Counted from the first letter of the stretch, positions 1 through 9,504 are shown. The stretch is 64,000 nt of DNA from an uncultured Candidatus Saccharibacteria bacterium (GCA_963525145.1 CAURIK010000003.1:1040-65039), one strand, 5' to 3'. The notes: generated by a model from the sequence alone, not told the origin. Program-made: numbers and translations.

Positions 1-19
1 CTTTTGATATAATAAAGAT

Positions 20-859
20 ATGGCAAGCGAGTTAAAAATCAAACAAAGTGATAGCATTTTTGAGTCTATCAAGCATGAAGATAAGCAAGGTGAGTTCTGG
101 TATGCTAGAGAGCTCCAAGGAGTTCTCGAATATGCAAAATGGGGTTCTTTCAGAAAGGTGGTTGAGCGCGCTAAGATTGCGCTCCATACAACTGGCGTAC
201 CTGTGGAAAACCATTTTTCCCATGTGGGGAAAATGGTTTCGATAGGCTATGGTAACAGCAATAATATTGGTGACATTAGATTGACAAGACTGGCGTGCTA
301 TCTTATCGCTCAAAACGGTAACCCAACCAAAAAACCTAGAGTTGCGGAAGCTCAGAATTATTTTGCAACACAAACGCGCAAACAAGAAATTGCCGAGAAG
401 TACCATCAGGATATGGATAGACTTGCGCGTCGGCGTGAATCTTCTGAGTCGGACAAGAGATTATCCTCCAGCGTTATAGAAGCAGGCATTAGCCCGAGAG
501 GGTTAGCTAGAATAAAAAACGATGGCGACAAGTCCTTCTTTGGCGGCAAAACTAATAAGCAGATGAAAGAGAAGCTGAATACCGGAAACAAACCTTGGGC
601 TAATAAAGCCCACAACGTTGTGCTGGCAGGTAAAACATTGGCGAACGAAATGACGACAGCTAATATAGAGAATTACGGGATATCATCGTATAACGCTGTG
701 CTTCATGACAATAACGATAATAATGACGCAGTTAGAACGACTATTCGCAATCAGCAAGGTATGAACCCAGAGGATTTTCCAGCAGCTGAAGATACTGAAA
801 AAATACAGCGCCGCATTGAAAACCAGAGTACACCTAAAATTGATAGCTCTAACATCTAA
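20..859 (+). CDS. dinD: DinD/Bro-N family DNA-damage-inducible protein
   Basis: 279-aa ORF with FESIKH..EFWYAREL..LEY..W..F and RLACYLIAQNG..K..VA.AQ.YFA.QTR.QE motifs typical of DinD; TGnTATAAT (5-13) 6 nt before ATG. Confidence 0.75.
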   Translation: MASELKIKQSDSIFESIKHEDKQGEFWYARELQGVLEYAKWGSFRKVVERAKIALHTTGVPVENHFSHVGKMVSIGYGNSNNIGDIRLTRLACYLIAQNGNPTKKPRVAEAQNYFATQTRKQEIAEKYHQDMDRLARRRESSESDKRLSSSVIEAGISPRGLARIKNDGDKSFFGGKTNKQMKEKLNTGNKPWANKAHNVVLAGKTLANEMTTANIENYGISSYNAVLHDNNDNNDAVRTTIRNQQGMNPEDFPAAEDTEKIQRRIENQSTPKIDSSNI

Positions 860-1007
860 TTTATAGTAATTTGGAATGTTATTTAGAGATCTGGTCTTTG
901 TGATGTATAACCTTATCGCATGAGTAAGCGAGACTCTGCTAAAGCTAATCGATAAACGACAAGGACTAGCCCTACCTATCTGTATTTTGTTCAGCAATCA
1001 ACAGGTT

Positions 1008-1026
1008 TAGAACAAATGTAGAACAT
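1008..1026 (+). repeat. 19-bp direct repeat copy 1 (TAGAACAAATGTAGAACAT; GAAC-N7-GAAC)
   Basis: Matches 1748-1766 at 18/19 positions. Confidence 0.8.
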
Positions 1027-1316
1027 TTTAATGATTCGCTCAAAAGACTCAAATGCAAAAGGTTTGGATTTTTGTAGATATAAGTCGTTACGATAAATAT
1101 ATACATAGTAAAATCTAATAAAATAAACTTAAGAAAAACTGGCATAAAGATGGCAAAACACAAACAAATACGTACACAAAGACAAAATCTCATACATACA
1201 TAAAAGGCGGGGTAAATATAAAATAGCTAAAAGTTGTAAAACAATAAATCTTCGAGATTAATCAAAAACAGTAGTAAAAGGGATGTAATCTCATTCATGT
1301 TTTACACATAGACTTA

Positions 1317-1344
1317 ACGTCGCACAATGTACGTTTTACGTCTT
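1317..1344. other. putative dif (Xer recombination) site
   Basis: ACGTCGCACAA-TGTACG-TTTTACGTCTT: 11-6-11 layout, arms 7/11 complementary, left arm and spacer resemble E. coli dif (GGTGCGCATAA-TGTATA); lies where gene orientation and GC skew converge. Confidence 0.55.
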
Positions 1345-1590
1345 ATAATCTATGTTGTCAGGATGATTAATCATACGTTCGCAAACAACGGTTTTACTTG
1401 ATACAAGCCGCAGCTTATTAATCTTGGTCTAAAATGGGGAGTCACACTACTAGAGTCATCTTTTACTTTTATATTTATTCGCTATACAAAAAATACCGCC
1501 AACCAGCAGTTCTATAGATATAAGTCCACACACTCGAAAACAAACTCGAAATTTAAATTGTAGTAATTAGCACATGTTTATAGACTTAAG

Positions 1591-1599
1591 TTATCCACA
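1591..1599 (+). promoter_or_regulatory. perfect DnaA box TTATCCACA
   Basis: Exact consensus match; single copy, function not demonstrated. Confidence 0.45.
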
Positions 1600-1747
1600 G
1601 AAAAAATCTCAGCGCTGTGAGAATAAATTTGCATTTTTTCAAAAATATTGTCCCCTACTACTTTTCCCGCCCCACCTGCTTTATTTGACTTTTTGCATTT
1701 TCAATATTTTAATATAGTTTTTTCACCTAGCCTTTTTAGCTGCTTAA

Positions 1748-1766
1748 TAGAACAAAAGTAGAACAT
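1748..1766 (+). repeat. 19-bp direct repeat copy 2 (TAGAACAAAAGTAGAACAT)
   Basis: 740 bp from copy 1, one mismatch. Confidence 0.8.
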
Positions 1767-1809
1767 GGCCCACCAGTGCAGGGGTAGCCTTCTACCTAAA
1801 GTCTCTTCC

Positions 1810-2772
1810 TCATTTATAAAAAGCCCGCCTACTCACCCGCACATCAATATACTCTGCAGTTATTCCTCTGTTCGTTAAATAGCGGGTGGCACGCACCGCG
1901 TCTTCGACTTGGCCAGCCGCTGGGCGGTCAACTGTCATTTTAATCGAGTACCCCACCCCGTCGAGACTGACTAGCACCTGGCGAGTAGTACTAGCTGGCA
2001 GAATCATTTTATTAACAGTAAGATTGTTTTCTTTGAAATGCCCCACAACCTTACCGATAAACTGCAGGAAACGGCCGCTAATTACTGAATTGCCAACGCT
2101 TGCACGAATTCCAGTTTGATCCTCGACGGCGATAACTGACGTACCGAGGATATTACGTTCAAATACTACACCTGTGCTATCAACATAAGCTTTCATGTCA
2201 CCAGATTGCCAATAAACCACTGGTGAACGCAAATTAACCGAAAAATCGGCCGACCAGAGAGCACCTTTAGCTGGCGGCGACACGCTAGACACCTCTGGGT
2301 ATCTACTTTGAACAGCTCGGCTAAGATTATTAGCATTGATGTTTACAGCCAGCCGCTCGAGCGGATTAGCAGAGAGGTAATCTTGAATTGCTGCTGCATA
2401 ATCGCGGGCGGCAGTTTGTACTTCTGAATCGTTACTAGTGCCAACAATTTGCACTTTTGGCTCGACAATGATCTGAGTAAGCAACCACCCCAAACCAGCA
2501 ATTAGCACTAATGCGCTAATCAACGCTAAGCGGATAGAGCGGCGTTTGCGCTTCAGATTGTGCGCCTGTACGCGCGGCGATTGCAAGCTAGCCGATTGCT
2601 CATTAGGACTAGGCACCGAGGAAATGAGACTTCCAGTCAAGGTACGATTACGCCGAAACAACATCCTAGATTTCGCCGCAGTACTAGGCGAGTTATCATC
2701 AACCACAGCACGGCGCCGCACAGGCTGTGCGGCGCGGCGAGATTTAGATTTTTTCGATCTCATACCAAACAT
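1810..2772 (-). CDS. FtsQ/DivIB-like cell division protein
   Basis: Basic N-terminus, one TM helix, C-terminal EYIDVRV..RAFYK typical of FtsQ/DivIB; last gene of the dcw cluster; start uncertain (2772 or 2838). Confidence 0.65.
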   Translation of the reverse strand: MFGMRSKKSKSRRAAQPVRRRAVVDDNSPSTAAKSRMLFRRNRTLTGSLISSVPSPNEQSASLQSPRVQAHNLKRKRRSIRLALISALVLIAGLGWLLTQIIVEPKVQIVGTSNDSEVQTAARDYAAAIQDYLSANPLERLAVNINANNLSRAVQSRYPEVSSVSPPAKGALWSADFSVNLRSPVVYWQSGDMKAYVDSTGVVFERNILGTSVIAVEDQTGIRASVGNSVISGRFLQFIGKVVGHFKENNLTVNKMILPASTTRQVLVSLDGVGYSIKMTVDRPAAGQVEDAVRATRYLTNRGITAEYIDVRVSRRAFYK

Positions 2773-2791
2773 GCTTGTGGTATTAATTATA

Positions 2792-3979
2792 TCATTTTGC
2801 AGCGCTATCAGGGTTCGTTCGGCGGCTATTAGCAGCATCTAGAATCATATCGGCCATATCTTTAGCAGCACCAGGATGTGCAAACGACAGAAAAGCCTGC
2901 CCCATTTGCCGTGCTTCTGCAGGATTGTCAATAAGGTTTTTTATCTCATCAACGAGCAACTGCGGCGTTTTTTCCATTTGCATTTCGTCGATGACTTTGA
3001 CAGCACCTTTGTCTTCATACACCTTAGCATTTTTAATTTGATGACCGCCAGTCAAAAAGCCGTTCGGCACCAGAATCGTCGGTTTGGCCAGCGCTGCCAA
3101 CTCGAGAATTGTGGTCGCACCAGCTCGCGCTACCACAATATCAGCCGCACCAAGCATATCAATCATGCCGTCGCTAACAAAATCATAAATTCTAACTTGA
3201 TATGTATCCTCTGGCAACCGCCGTCGAATCTCGGCATATTGGCCAGTACCAGTTATTAAAATTACGCTAGTGAACTGTGTAAGTTCGCTAATAGTATCTG
3301 CAACAGCATTATTCAACCGTTCCGCGCCCAAACCACCACCAGTAACCAGCACTAACGGCCTGTTACTTGGAAATCCTAGTTTTTCCTTAACCACGCGGCG
3401 CTGCTGCTCGCTGTACGGCTTAAATCCCTCGCGGATCGGTACGCCAACGTAACGACTAATCGCCTTGGGGTACGGATAATACTCTAGCGGAGCGCCAGTG
3501 CCAATGCGATCAGCCCAACGTGCCAATACGCGATTAGTTAACCCTGGATGAGCGTCTGAGTCGTGAATTACCAGTGGAATGCGCAGCACATGTGCCGCCA
3601 AACCGACTGGCATGCAAACGTAGCCTCCTTTTGTAAATATCACGTCTGGACGCCAGGCGATTAGTTTCACTAGACTCTGGACAAAGCCCACGCATACCTT
3701 TAGCGCATCAACAAAATTTGGCCACACAATTGTCCGTAAGCGTAGCAGCTGACGCACAACGCTAAGATTATGATAGCGGCGCAATTTGCCGCTAGCAATG
3801 ACATCTACGCGCACCGAGCTATCAAAGCTAGCCATAACATTGCGCGCTTGCTTGCTAAATTTGCGGTCAACCCAAAACCGCAGTTCTGCATCTGGCTGCT
3901 GTTTTTTAACTTCTCGCAACACGGCGACGACTGGAGTAACGTGACCCCCCGAGCCGCCGCCTACGGCTAATATCCGCAT
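2792..3979 (-). CDS. murG: MurG N-acetylglucosamine transferase
   Basis: GGGSGGHV, KGGYV, TGGGLGA, RAGATTILE and HQIKNA motifs. Confidence 0.95.
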   Translation of the reverse strand: MRILAVGGGSGGHVTPVVAVLREVKKQQPDAELRFWVDRKFSKQARNVMASFDSSVRVDVIASGKLRRYHNLSVVRQLLRLRTIVWPNFVDALKVCVGFVQSLVKLIAWRPDVIFTKGGYVCMPVGLAAHVLRIPLVIHDSDAHPGLTNRVLARWADRIGTGAPLEYYPYPKAISRYVGVPIREGFKPYSEQQRRVVKEKLGFPSNRPLVLVTGGGLGAERLNNAVADTISELTQFTSVILITGTGQYAEIRRRLPEDTYQVRIYDFVSDGMIDMLGAADIVVARAGATTILELAALAKPTILVPNGFLTGGHQIKNAKVYEDKGAVKVIDEMQMEKTPQLLVDEIKNLIDNPAEARQMGQAFLSFAHPGAAKDMADMILDAANSRRTNPDSAAK

Positions 3980-5204
3980 CTTGGCCTCCTATATCTATTG
4001 GTTTATGTGCAGTATATCGCGATAACTGGAAAACAATCCCCAAAGCCGCGCCCGAAAACAGCATACTACTGCCGCCAGCACTCAAGAACGGCAGCGTTAT
4101 ACCTGTTAACGGCGCTAAATGAATCATTGATGCAATATTCATGAAAAAGTGCGCAAATAACCAGCCAAAAATACCCGCCACTACCAATCGCCTGGTCATA
4201 TCTGGCGAGTATTCAGCAACTCGCAAAACCCGCAGCAACAAAGCTGCAAACAGAACTACTACCAACACCGTCCCGGCAAAACCAAAAATCTCGCCAATTA
4301 CAGCAAAAATCGAATCGTTAATTGCCTCTGGCAAGTAGCCTGTCGATTGAATACTCTTGCCGATACCGCGGCCAGTTAACCCGCCTGTCCCCAACGCAAT
4401 CATTGCGTTTTTGATATGATAATCGTTATCGTCTTGCGAAGCTGATTTACTCGCTCCGAAAAACGTCGTAATCCGTTCCAACCGGTGCGGCGCCGTTACT
4501 GCCGTGAGCCCCAAAAACAGCAAGCCCACTAGTGCAATTTGCATCAGAGTTTTCATTCTTATCGTACTCACCATAAATATCGACGCCGCAGCCGCTGCTA
4601 TCGCCACCCCCGAGCCCATGTCTTTTTGCAACACTACGACAATAAATAACAAAAAGCCGACCAACGCCGCTGCTGGGTAGACTGTTTCTTTCAAGTCGTT
4701 TATCTTACCCTCTTGGTAGCGTTTACCTAAAAACACCGCCATATACAAAGTCATTGCTAATTTTAGCAGCTCGGACGGCTGAAAATTAACTGGCCCCAAG
4801 TGAAACCAGCGATAAGCGCCTAGCGTGTTCTGCGCTATTGCATCAATATGCAGAATATTTCCAATCAAAAAAAGCAAAAACGATAAGCCAATTCCAATCA
4901 TCATTAACTGAAAAATATACTTCTTGAGATAATCAAACGGTACTAATACTAGCAGTACAAAGCCACTGACTGCCAGGCTAATACCCATAAGCTGTTTGAA
5001 AAAGAAATATGTACTAGAATAATCGCTGCCATAAGCACTATTCTGCAAATTAGCATACTGCGGCCCGACCGAATAAACAATTATCATTCCTACCAGCATT
5101 AACAACGCCGCACATAACACCAACCAATAATCAGGCCGGTGTTTACGCTGGATTTTGCCATCGGTAAATTGTACGTACCTGTCGCGGTGCCGAGTGCCAA
5201 TCAC
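3906..5204 (-). CDS. ftsW: FtsW/RodA SEDS family protein
   Basis: FQPSELLK, QKDMG, LPEAINDSIF and GITLPFLSAGGSS; likely GTG start at 5204 overlapping the mraY stop (GTGA). Confidence 0.9.
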   Translation of the reverse strand: MIGTRHRDRYVQFTDGKIQRKHRPDYWLVLCAALLMLVGMIIVYSVGPQYANLQNSAYGSDYSSTYFFFKQLMGISLAVSGFVLLVLVPFDYLKKYIFQLMMIGIGLSFLLFLIGNILHIDAIAQNTLGAYRWFHLGPVNFQPSELLKLAMTLYMAVFLGKRYQEGKINDLKETVYPAAALVGFLLFIVVVLQKDMGSGVAIAAAAASIFMVSTIRMKTLMQIALVGLLFLGLTAVTAPHRLERITTFFGASKSASQDDNDYHIKNAMIALGTGGLTGRGIGKSIQSTGYLPEAINDSIFAVIGEIFGFAGTVLVVVLFAALLLRVLRVAEYSPDMTRRLVVAGIFGWLFAHFFMNIASMIHLAPLTGITLPFLSAGGSSMLFSGAALGIVFQLSRYTAHKPIDIGGQDADISRRRRLGGSRYSSRRRVARS

Positions 5205-6235
5205 GGAGCAATATGCCCCCCGGTCATCGCCATCGCCATCCCCACAAACGCCGCCACGCCAGCAATCACCCAAAAACGCATCGTCACTTTAGCCTCTGGC
5301 CAGCCTGATGCCTCCAGATGATGATGAATCGGCGCCGACAGAAATATCTTGCGATGGAATAATTTCTTGCTGGTCATCTGCAACAAGCTCGACCCAGCCT
5401 CGACCACGAACAATATGCCGATAATCGGCAGCAAAAACAGCGTGTTGGTCATCATCGCTACTACACCCAAGCTCGTCCCAAAAGCAAAGCTGCCAACGTC
5501 GCCCATAAAGAACCGCGCTGGAAAGATATTGAACCACAGATAGCTCAGCAACGCGCCGACCACTGTGAAGCAGAACGCCGCTAATTTCAAATGGCCTTGC
5601 AGTAGCGCAATCACACCAAATGCCGAAAATGACATTACCAGCAAACCGCCCGCCAAACCGTCCAGGCCATCACTTATATTGACCGCGTTACCCGTCGCTA
5701 CCACCGCAAACACAAACAATCCGACAATCCACGCGCCCATTTGCCAATCGCCAACGTATGGGATATGCACCGACGAGTAGCCGAGCTTACAGAAGAAAAA
5801 CCAGCCCAGCACCAGCCCGACGCCGATAATCATGGCAAATTTCACCCAGCTACGCAAGCCAGCATCCTTGCGGTTAGAGCCAAAAACATTCAAAATATCA
5901 TCAATCAAACCAATCGCCGCGCCGCCAACCAACGCCGCCAATGGCAGCCAAGTTTGCGCTCGATCCAGATTAAAGGCCAGCGTCACCGCCATAATCGCCA
6001 CTACGGCAATTATTCCCGCCATGGTCGGAATATGCCGCTCGATTTTCTTCTTATGTAATAAGTTAAAAATCTTGAGTTTTTCACCAGTTACCGCTGCCGT
6101 ACGCTGTGTTTTCCAGAATTTATATTTGTAAGCAAAATACGTATATACTGGCGTAAGCAGCATCGCCAGTAGAAACGCCATCAAGCTCATTAGAAAAACC
6201 GAGTTCAATTCGTTTCCAAAAGTTACAATCGACAT
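5201..6235 (-). CDS. mraY: phospho-N-acetylmuramoyl-pentapeptide transferase
   Basis: PTMAG, NAVNISDGLDGLA, FMGDVGS and APIHHH motifs. Confidence 0.95.
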   Translation of the reverse strand: MSIVTFGNELNSVFLMSLMAFLLAMLLTPVYTYFAYKYKFWKTQRTAAVTGEKLKIFNLLHKKKIERHIPTMAGIIAVVAIMAVTLAFNLDRAQTWLPLAALVGGAAIGLIDDILNVFGSNRKDAGLRSWVKFAMIIGVGLVLGWFFFCKLGYSSVHIPYVGDWQMGAWIVGLFVFAVVATGNAVNISDGLDGLAGGLLVMSFSAFGVIALLQGHLKLAAFCFTVVGALLSYLWFNIFPARFFMGDVGSFAFGTSLGVVAMMTNTLFLLPIIGILFVVEAGSSLLQMTSKKLFHRKIFLSAPIHHHLEASGWPEAKVTMRFWVIAGVAAFVGMAMAMTGGHIAP

Positions 6236-6256
6236 ATTACCATTATACTCCCTACC

Positions 6257-8014
6257 CTACTCTCTCGGGGCTAATTTTAAGTATTTTATCATCCAGTTGG
6301 ATATATCGTTGAAAATAGGCTTGGCATCCGAGCCGCCGCCCATACCGCGGCCGTCTGCCGCTATCTCTACCATGATAACGTAACGCGGAATTTTGCCGTA
6401 TTCGCCGCCAAAACCCAGATAGGTACCAATCGTCTCGTTATCATCATACTTGCCGTTAACAATCACCTGCGAAGTACCGGTCTTGCCGCCGACTAGCCAG
6501 CGTTCCGAGTCGTCATGCGGCTTATATGTCGCATAATGAGCCTGATGTACCATTTCGCGCACTGTCTGCGACGAGGCTTCACTGATAGCGGGAGCACTGG
6601 CTTTTTGCGCCGCTGCCGTAAATTTGCCATTACTATCCATTGTACCGTTAATCACCGTCGGCATGTGATATGTACCGCCATTAACCACCGAACAAAAGCC
6701 GCTCGCCACCTGGATCATCGTCACATTCATACCCTGGCCAAACACCATATTACTGTAACGCACGGCATTACCTTCTTGCTGTGCTGGCGAAATAACTGTG
6801 CCGCCCGCCTCATTCGCCAGCTCAATACCAGTCAGCTGCCCCAGTCGGAAACGATTATAAAAGTAATCATAAATCGTATCGCGAGCGCCGCGAGTAATAT
6901 AAGAACCATTTCCCAGTCGCTGCGCAATCGTCACCATACCAGTATTCAGCGACCAGTTCAGCGCTGTCTGCATAGTGATGTCACCGTTCAAGAAACTATT
7001 TTTCGAAGCGTTATTAATCGTGATGTCTTCAACCTTGATTTTGCCAGTATTATTGTAAGTACTCTGCGGCGAGATAACGCCTTTGTCGATTCCGGTCGCT
7101 ACCGTGAAAGTCTTGACATCAGAGCCCGCTTCGTACGGATGTGAAATCGTATCGTTGTTAAAGACCGACACGTCAGAAGTATTGATATTCGACGGATCGT
7201 ACGTCGGCATATTAGCCATTGCCAGCACTTTGCCAGTACTTGGCTCCATGACAATAGCGCTTGCTCTGGTGGCTTTACTGCGCTTAGCACCAGCCTCAAG
7301 CGCTGATTCGACTTGTGTCTGAATATTACGATCAATCGTCAAAACAATACTCCGTCCATTTACTGCCGGCTGGCGGACATTCTTATCACCAATTGTCAGC
7401 GGTACGTCGCGAGCGTCCGTCACCGTTTTGAGCATACCGTCGCGCCCAGACAGAGTTTGGTTATTAGCTTGCTCGAAGCCATATACTCCTTTACCCTCGT
7501 GATTAACAAAACCCAAAACCTGGCTAGCCAATCGTCCTTCAGGATAGACCCGGCGCGTTCCAACTTCGAAACCGATACCCGCTAGCTTTTTCTTCTTGAT
7601 TAATTCAGCCTGAGTCCGCGTAATATATTTCGTCAAAATTTGGTAGCGGCTAGGTTTTTTGTCGATCAACGCCGCGAAACCATCAACTACGTTGCCGCCA
7701 GCGACGCTATTCAGCGTATCTACCACCGCCTGCTTGTCAGACACCTGTGTTGGATCTGCCCAAACTTTATAGACAGTCTCGTTCATCACTAGCGGCTTCG
7801 GATCACTGCCATCCATAGCATAAATCTCGCCGCGCTGCGCTTTGAGCGTGAATTTCTTGATCTGTTCATTATCGGCTTGCTTTACATAGTAATCATGCCG
7901 CACTACCTGCACTACAAAAAGCTGCACTACAAAAATGGCCGAGACGACCAACACTATACTAAACAAAAAGCCAACTCTCGAGCGTCGAATAAAACGAGTT
8001 GGCGATACGCTCAT
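6257..8014 (-). CDS. ftsI: class B penicillin-binding protein (FtsI/PBP2 family)
   Basis: N-terminal TM, RGEI, R.YP.G, SDVK (SxxK), SLN (SxN) and KTG motifs; dcw context. Confidence 0.9.
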   Translation of the reverse strand: MSVSPTRFIRRSRVGFLFSIVLVVSAIFVVQLFVVQVVRHDYYVKQADNEQIKKFTLKAQRGEIYAMDGSDPKPLVMNETVYKVWADPTQVSDKQAVVDTLNSVAGGNVVDGFAALIDKKPSRYQILTKYITRTQAELIKKKKLAGIGFEVGTRRVYPEGRLASQVLGFVNHEGKGVYGFEQANNQTLSGRDGMLKTVTDARDVPLTIGDKNVRQPAVNGRSIVLTIDRNIQTQVESALEAGAKRSKATRASAIVMEPSTGKVLAMANMPTYDPSNINTSDVSVFNNDTISHPYEAGSDVKTFTVATGIDKGVISPQSTYNNTGKIKVEDITINNASKNSFLNGDITMQTALNWSLNTGMVTIAQRLGNGSYITRGARDTIYDYFYNRFRLGQLTGIELANEAGGTVISPAQQEGNAVRYSNMVFGQGMNVTMIQVASGFCSVVNGGTYHMPTVINGTMDSNGKFTAAAQKASAPAISEASSQTVREMVHQAHYATYKPHDDSERWLVGGKTGTSQVIVNGKYDDNETIGTYLGFGGEYGKIPRYVIMVEIAADGRGMGGGSDAKPIFNDISNWMIKYLKLAPRE

Positions 8015-8027
8015 GATCTTAGAACTC

Positions 8028-8378
8028 CTATTTGCTTACATACTGAGTATCAGCCGGGGTAGCCATCCTTTGAGCAACGCTGCTGTCTTTAACTGATTGC
8101 AGAGCTGTAAGGCGAGCATTCTCAACCGCCAAATCGCTCTTCTGTTCGGTCAACGTCGAAATTTTATTACTGACGTCATTTGACTCATAATCATAGCCCG
8201 AAACACTCCCCGCTTGTGTTAAGTATAACAGACCTAGCAGCGTCAAGAGAAGCGCAATAATAATCGCATTAGAAATCGGGCCGAGTTTGATAGCCGATGC
8301 AAAAGCAACTGTATTGCGGTTGCGCCCATAATTACCTTGGCGCCGGCTATTAAATTGTGTAGTTCGTGAATATGACAT
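8028..8378 (-). CDS. ftsL: FtsL-like cell division protein
   Basis: 116 aa, single TM followed by coiled coil, between rsmH and ftsI. Confidence 0.7.
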   Translation of the reverse strand: MSYSRTTQFNSRRQGNYGRNRNTVAFASAIKLGPISNAIIIALLLTLLGLLYLTQAGSVSGYDYESNDVSNKISTLTEQKSDLAVENARLTALQSVKDSSVAQRMATPADTQYVSK

Positions 8379-8410
8379 GTGGTGGATTCGTTTTTGTTAT
8401 TTATTTTGAC

Positions 8411-8471
8411 ACTCAAAAGCCAGAGGAACGTTAGGAGAAAAACGAAAATTACGCTCCTCTGCCCTATGAGT
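8411..8471 (-). promoter_or_regulatory. hairpin (terminator/attenuator-like) between sORF and ftsL
   Basis: CAGAGGAGCGU/ACGUUCCUCUG 11-bp stem (8461-8451 with 8431-8421), outer ACUCA/UGAGU, followed by GCUUUU. Confidence 0.55.
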
Positions 8472-8485
8472 TGTGTTATTTTTGC

Positions 8486-8560
8486 CTAAGCGGCGCGGCG
8501 CACGACAGTGATGTCATGTTGAACGTCGGCTTGGACTTGTACTTGGATGCGGCGAGTCAT
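8486..8560 (-). CDS. 24-aa small ORF MTRRIQVQVQADVQHDITVVRRAA
   Basis: AGAAAGGA Shine-Dalgarno 9 nt before ATG, just after the rsmH stop; below the ORF-track cutoff. Confidence 0.55.
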   Translation of the reverse strand: MTRRIQVQVQADVQHDITVVRRAA

Positions 8561-8581
8561 GCTACATCTTCCTTTCTGTTT

Positions 8582-9472
8582 TTATATTTTCACAGCGACA
8601 CGAAGCTTAGCACTTCGCGAGCGCGGATTGTGAACATCTTTAATAGCTCCATCGACAGGATGCTTCGTAACAATACGAAGCTCCGCCTCGTAGCCGCTTT
8701 TGGCCTGTTCGGTAAAGTATTGCTTAACAATACGATCCTCCAGGCTATGAAAGCTAATTACACCGACTCGCCCGCCCTGCGACAACAGCTCGGGTAATAA
8801 TGGCATAATCGCTCGTACTTGCTCAAGCTCATCGTTTACAAAAATCCGAATCGCCTGAAAAGTACGTGTCGCCGGATGCGTTCGCTGGCGCCGTCCGACG
8901 TACGCCCTCAAGATAGCCGATGCTAAATCTTCAGTTGTCGCCAGCGGTCTAGCCTTAATAATCGCAGCAGCATAACGCCGCGCAATATTTGGCCGCTCTT
9001 CGCCGTAATCGCGAATAATCCGCTCCAGCTCGCCCTGCGAATAGGTGTTAACCACCTGCTCTGCAGTTAAAGCTTGCCGCCGATCCATCCGCATATCCAG
9101 CGGACCGCTATGCGAAAATGAAAATCCTCGCTCAGCCCTATCAAGCTGTGGTGACGACACCCCCAAATCAATCAATATCATATCAAACCGCTTACCTATA
9201 GCAATCAACTGCCGGGCAGCGCTGACAAAATCAGCGTGTATTAACTCTGCCCCTTTGCCGACAAATGCCGCTAGGTTTGCTTGTGCAAATTCATCGCGAT
9301 CAACCAAAGTCATTCCGCGATAATTATGCGTTCGTTCGACAATGGCGCCCGCGTGTCCGCCGTATCCAGCCGTCAGGTCGAGATAACTCTCGCCATCTTT
9401 AGGATTAAGCAACCGCACAACGTCATCAAGTAATACCGGAACATGAAGTGGTGGATGTTCTTTAATACTCAT
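8582..9472 (-). CDS. rsmH: 16S rRNA m4C1402 methyltransferase
   Basis: HVPVLL, D.TAGYGGH, DLGVSSPQLD, HPATRTFQAIRI, SFHSLEDRIVK and NPRSRSAKLR; start MSIKEH 6 nt after TGgTATGAT. Confidence 0.95.
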   Translation of the reverse strand: MSIKEHPPLHVPVLLDDVVRLLNPKDGESYLDLTAGYGGHAGAIVERTHNYRGMTLVDRDEFAQANLAAFVGKGAELIHADFVSAARQLIAIGKRFDMILIDLGVSSPQLDRAERGFSFSHSGPLDMRMDRRQALTAEQVVNTYSQGELERIIRDYGEERPNIARRYAAAIIKARPLATTEDLASAILRAYVGRRQRTHPATRTFQAIRIFVNDELEQVRAIMPLLPELLSQGGRVGVISFHSLEDRIVKQYFTEQAKSGYEAELRIVTKHPVDGAIKDVHNPRSRSAKLRVAVKI

Positions 9473-9504
9473 TCCCCCATCATACCACATGGTCTGATAG
9501 AGGT

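Noticed and set aside
972..1193. 73-aa minus-strand ORF
   Set aside because: Low-complexity AT-rich frame with no recognisable motif; probably spurious
1246..1257. 12-mer AAATCTTCGAGA also present at 16089-16100
   Set aside because: 12-mer matches are expected by chance in 64 kb
860..1809. oriC
   Set aside because: AT-rich with one perfect DnaA box, but there is no box cluster or dnaA/dnaN, and genes and skew converge here rather than diverge
6515..7144. Long antisense or alternate-frame ORFs (e.g. 6515-7144, 23950-24492, 38467-39063)
   Set aside because: Shadows of well-supported genes, with no motifs of their own
8379..8560. tmRNA (UCCACCA at 8386-8380 and a peptide ending in AA)
   Set aside because: No T-arm before UCCACCA, no GGGG 5' acceptor strand, and the peptide has its own SD and ATG
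9473..9490. MraZ operator (GTGG-N6-GGGG)
   Set aside because: Only two imperfect repeats, no mraZ in the window, and already explained by the extended -10
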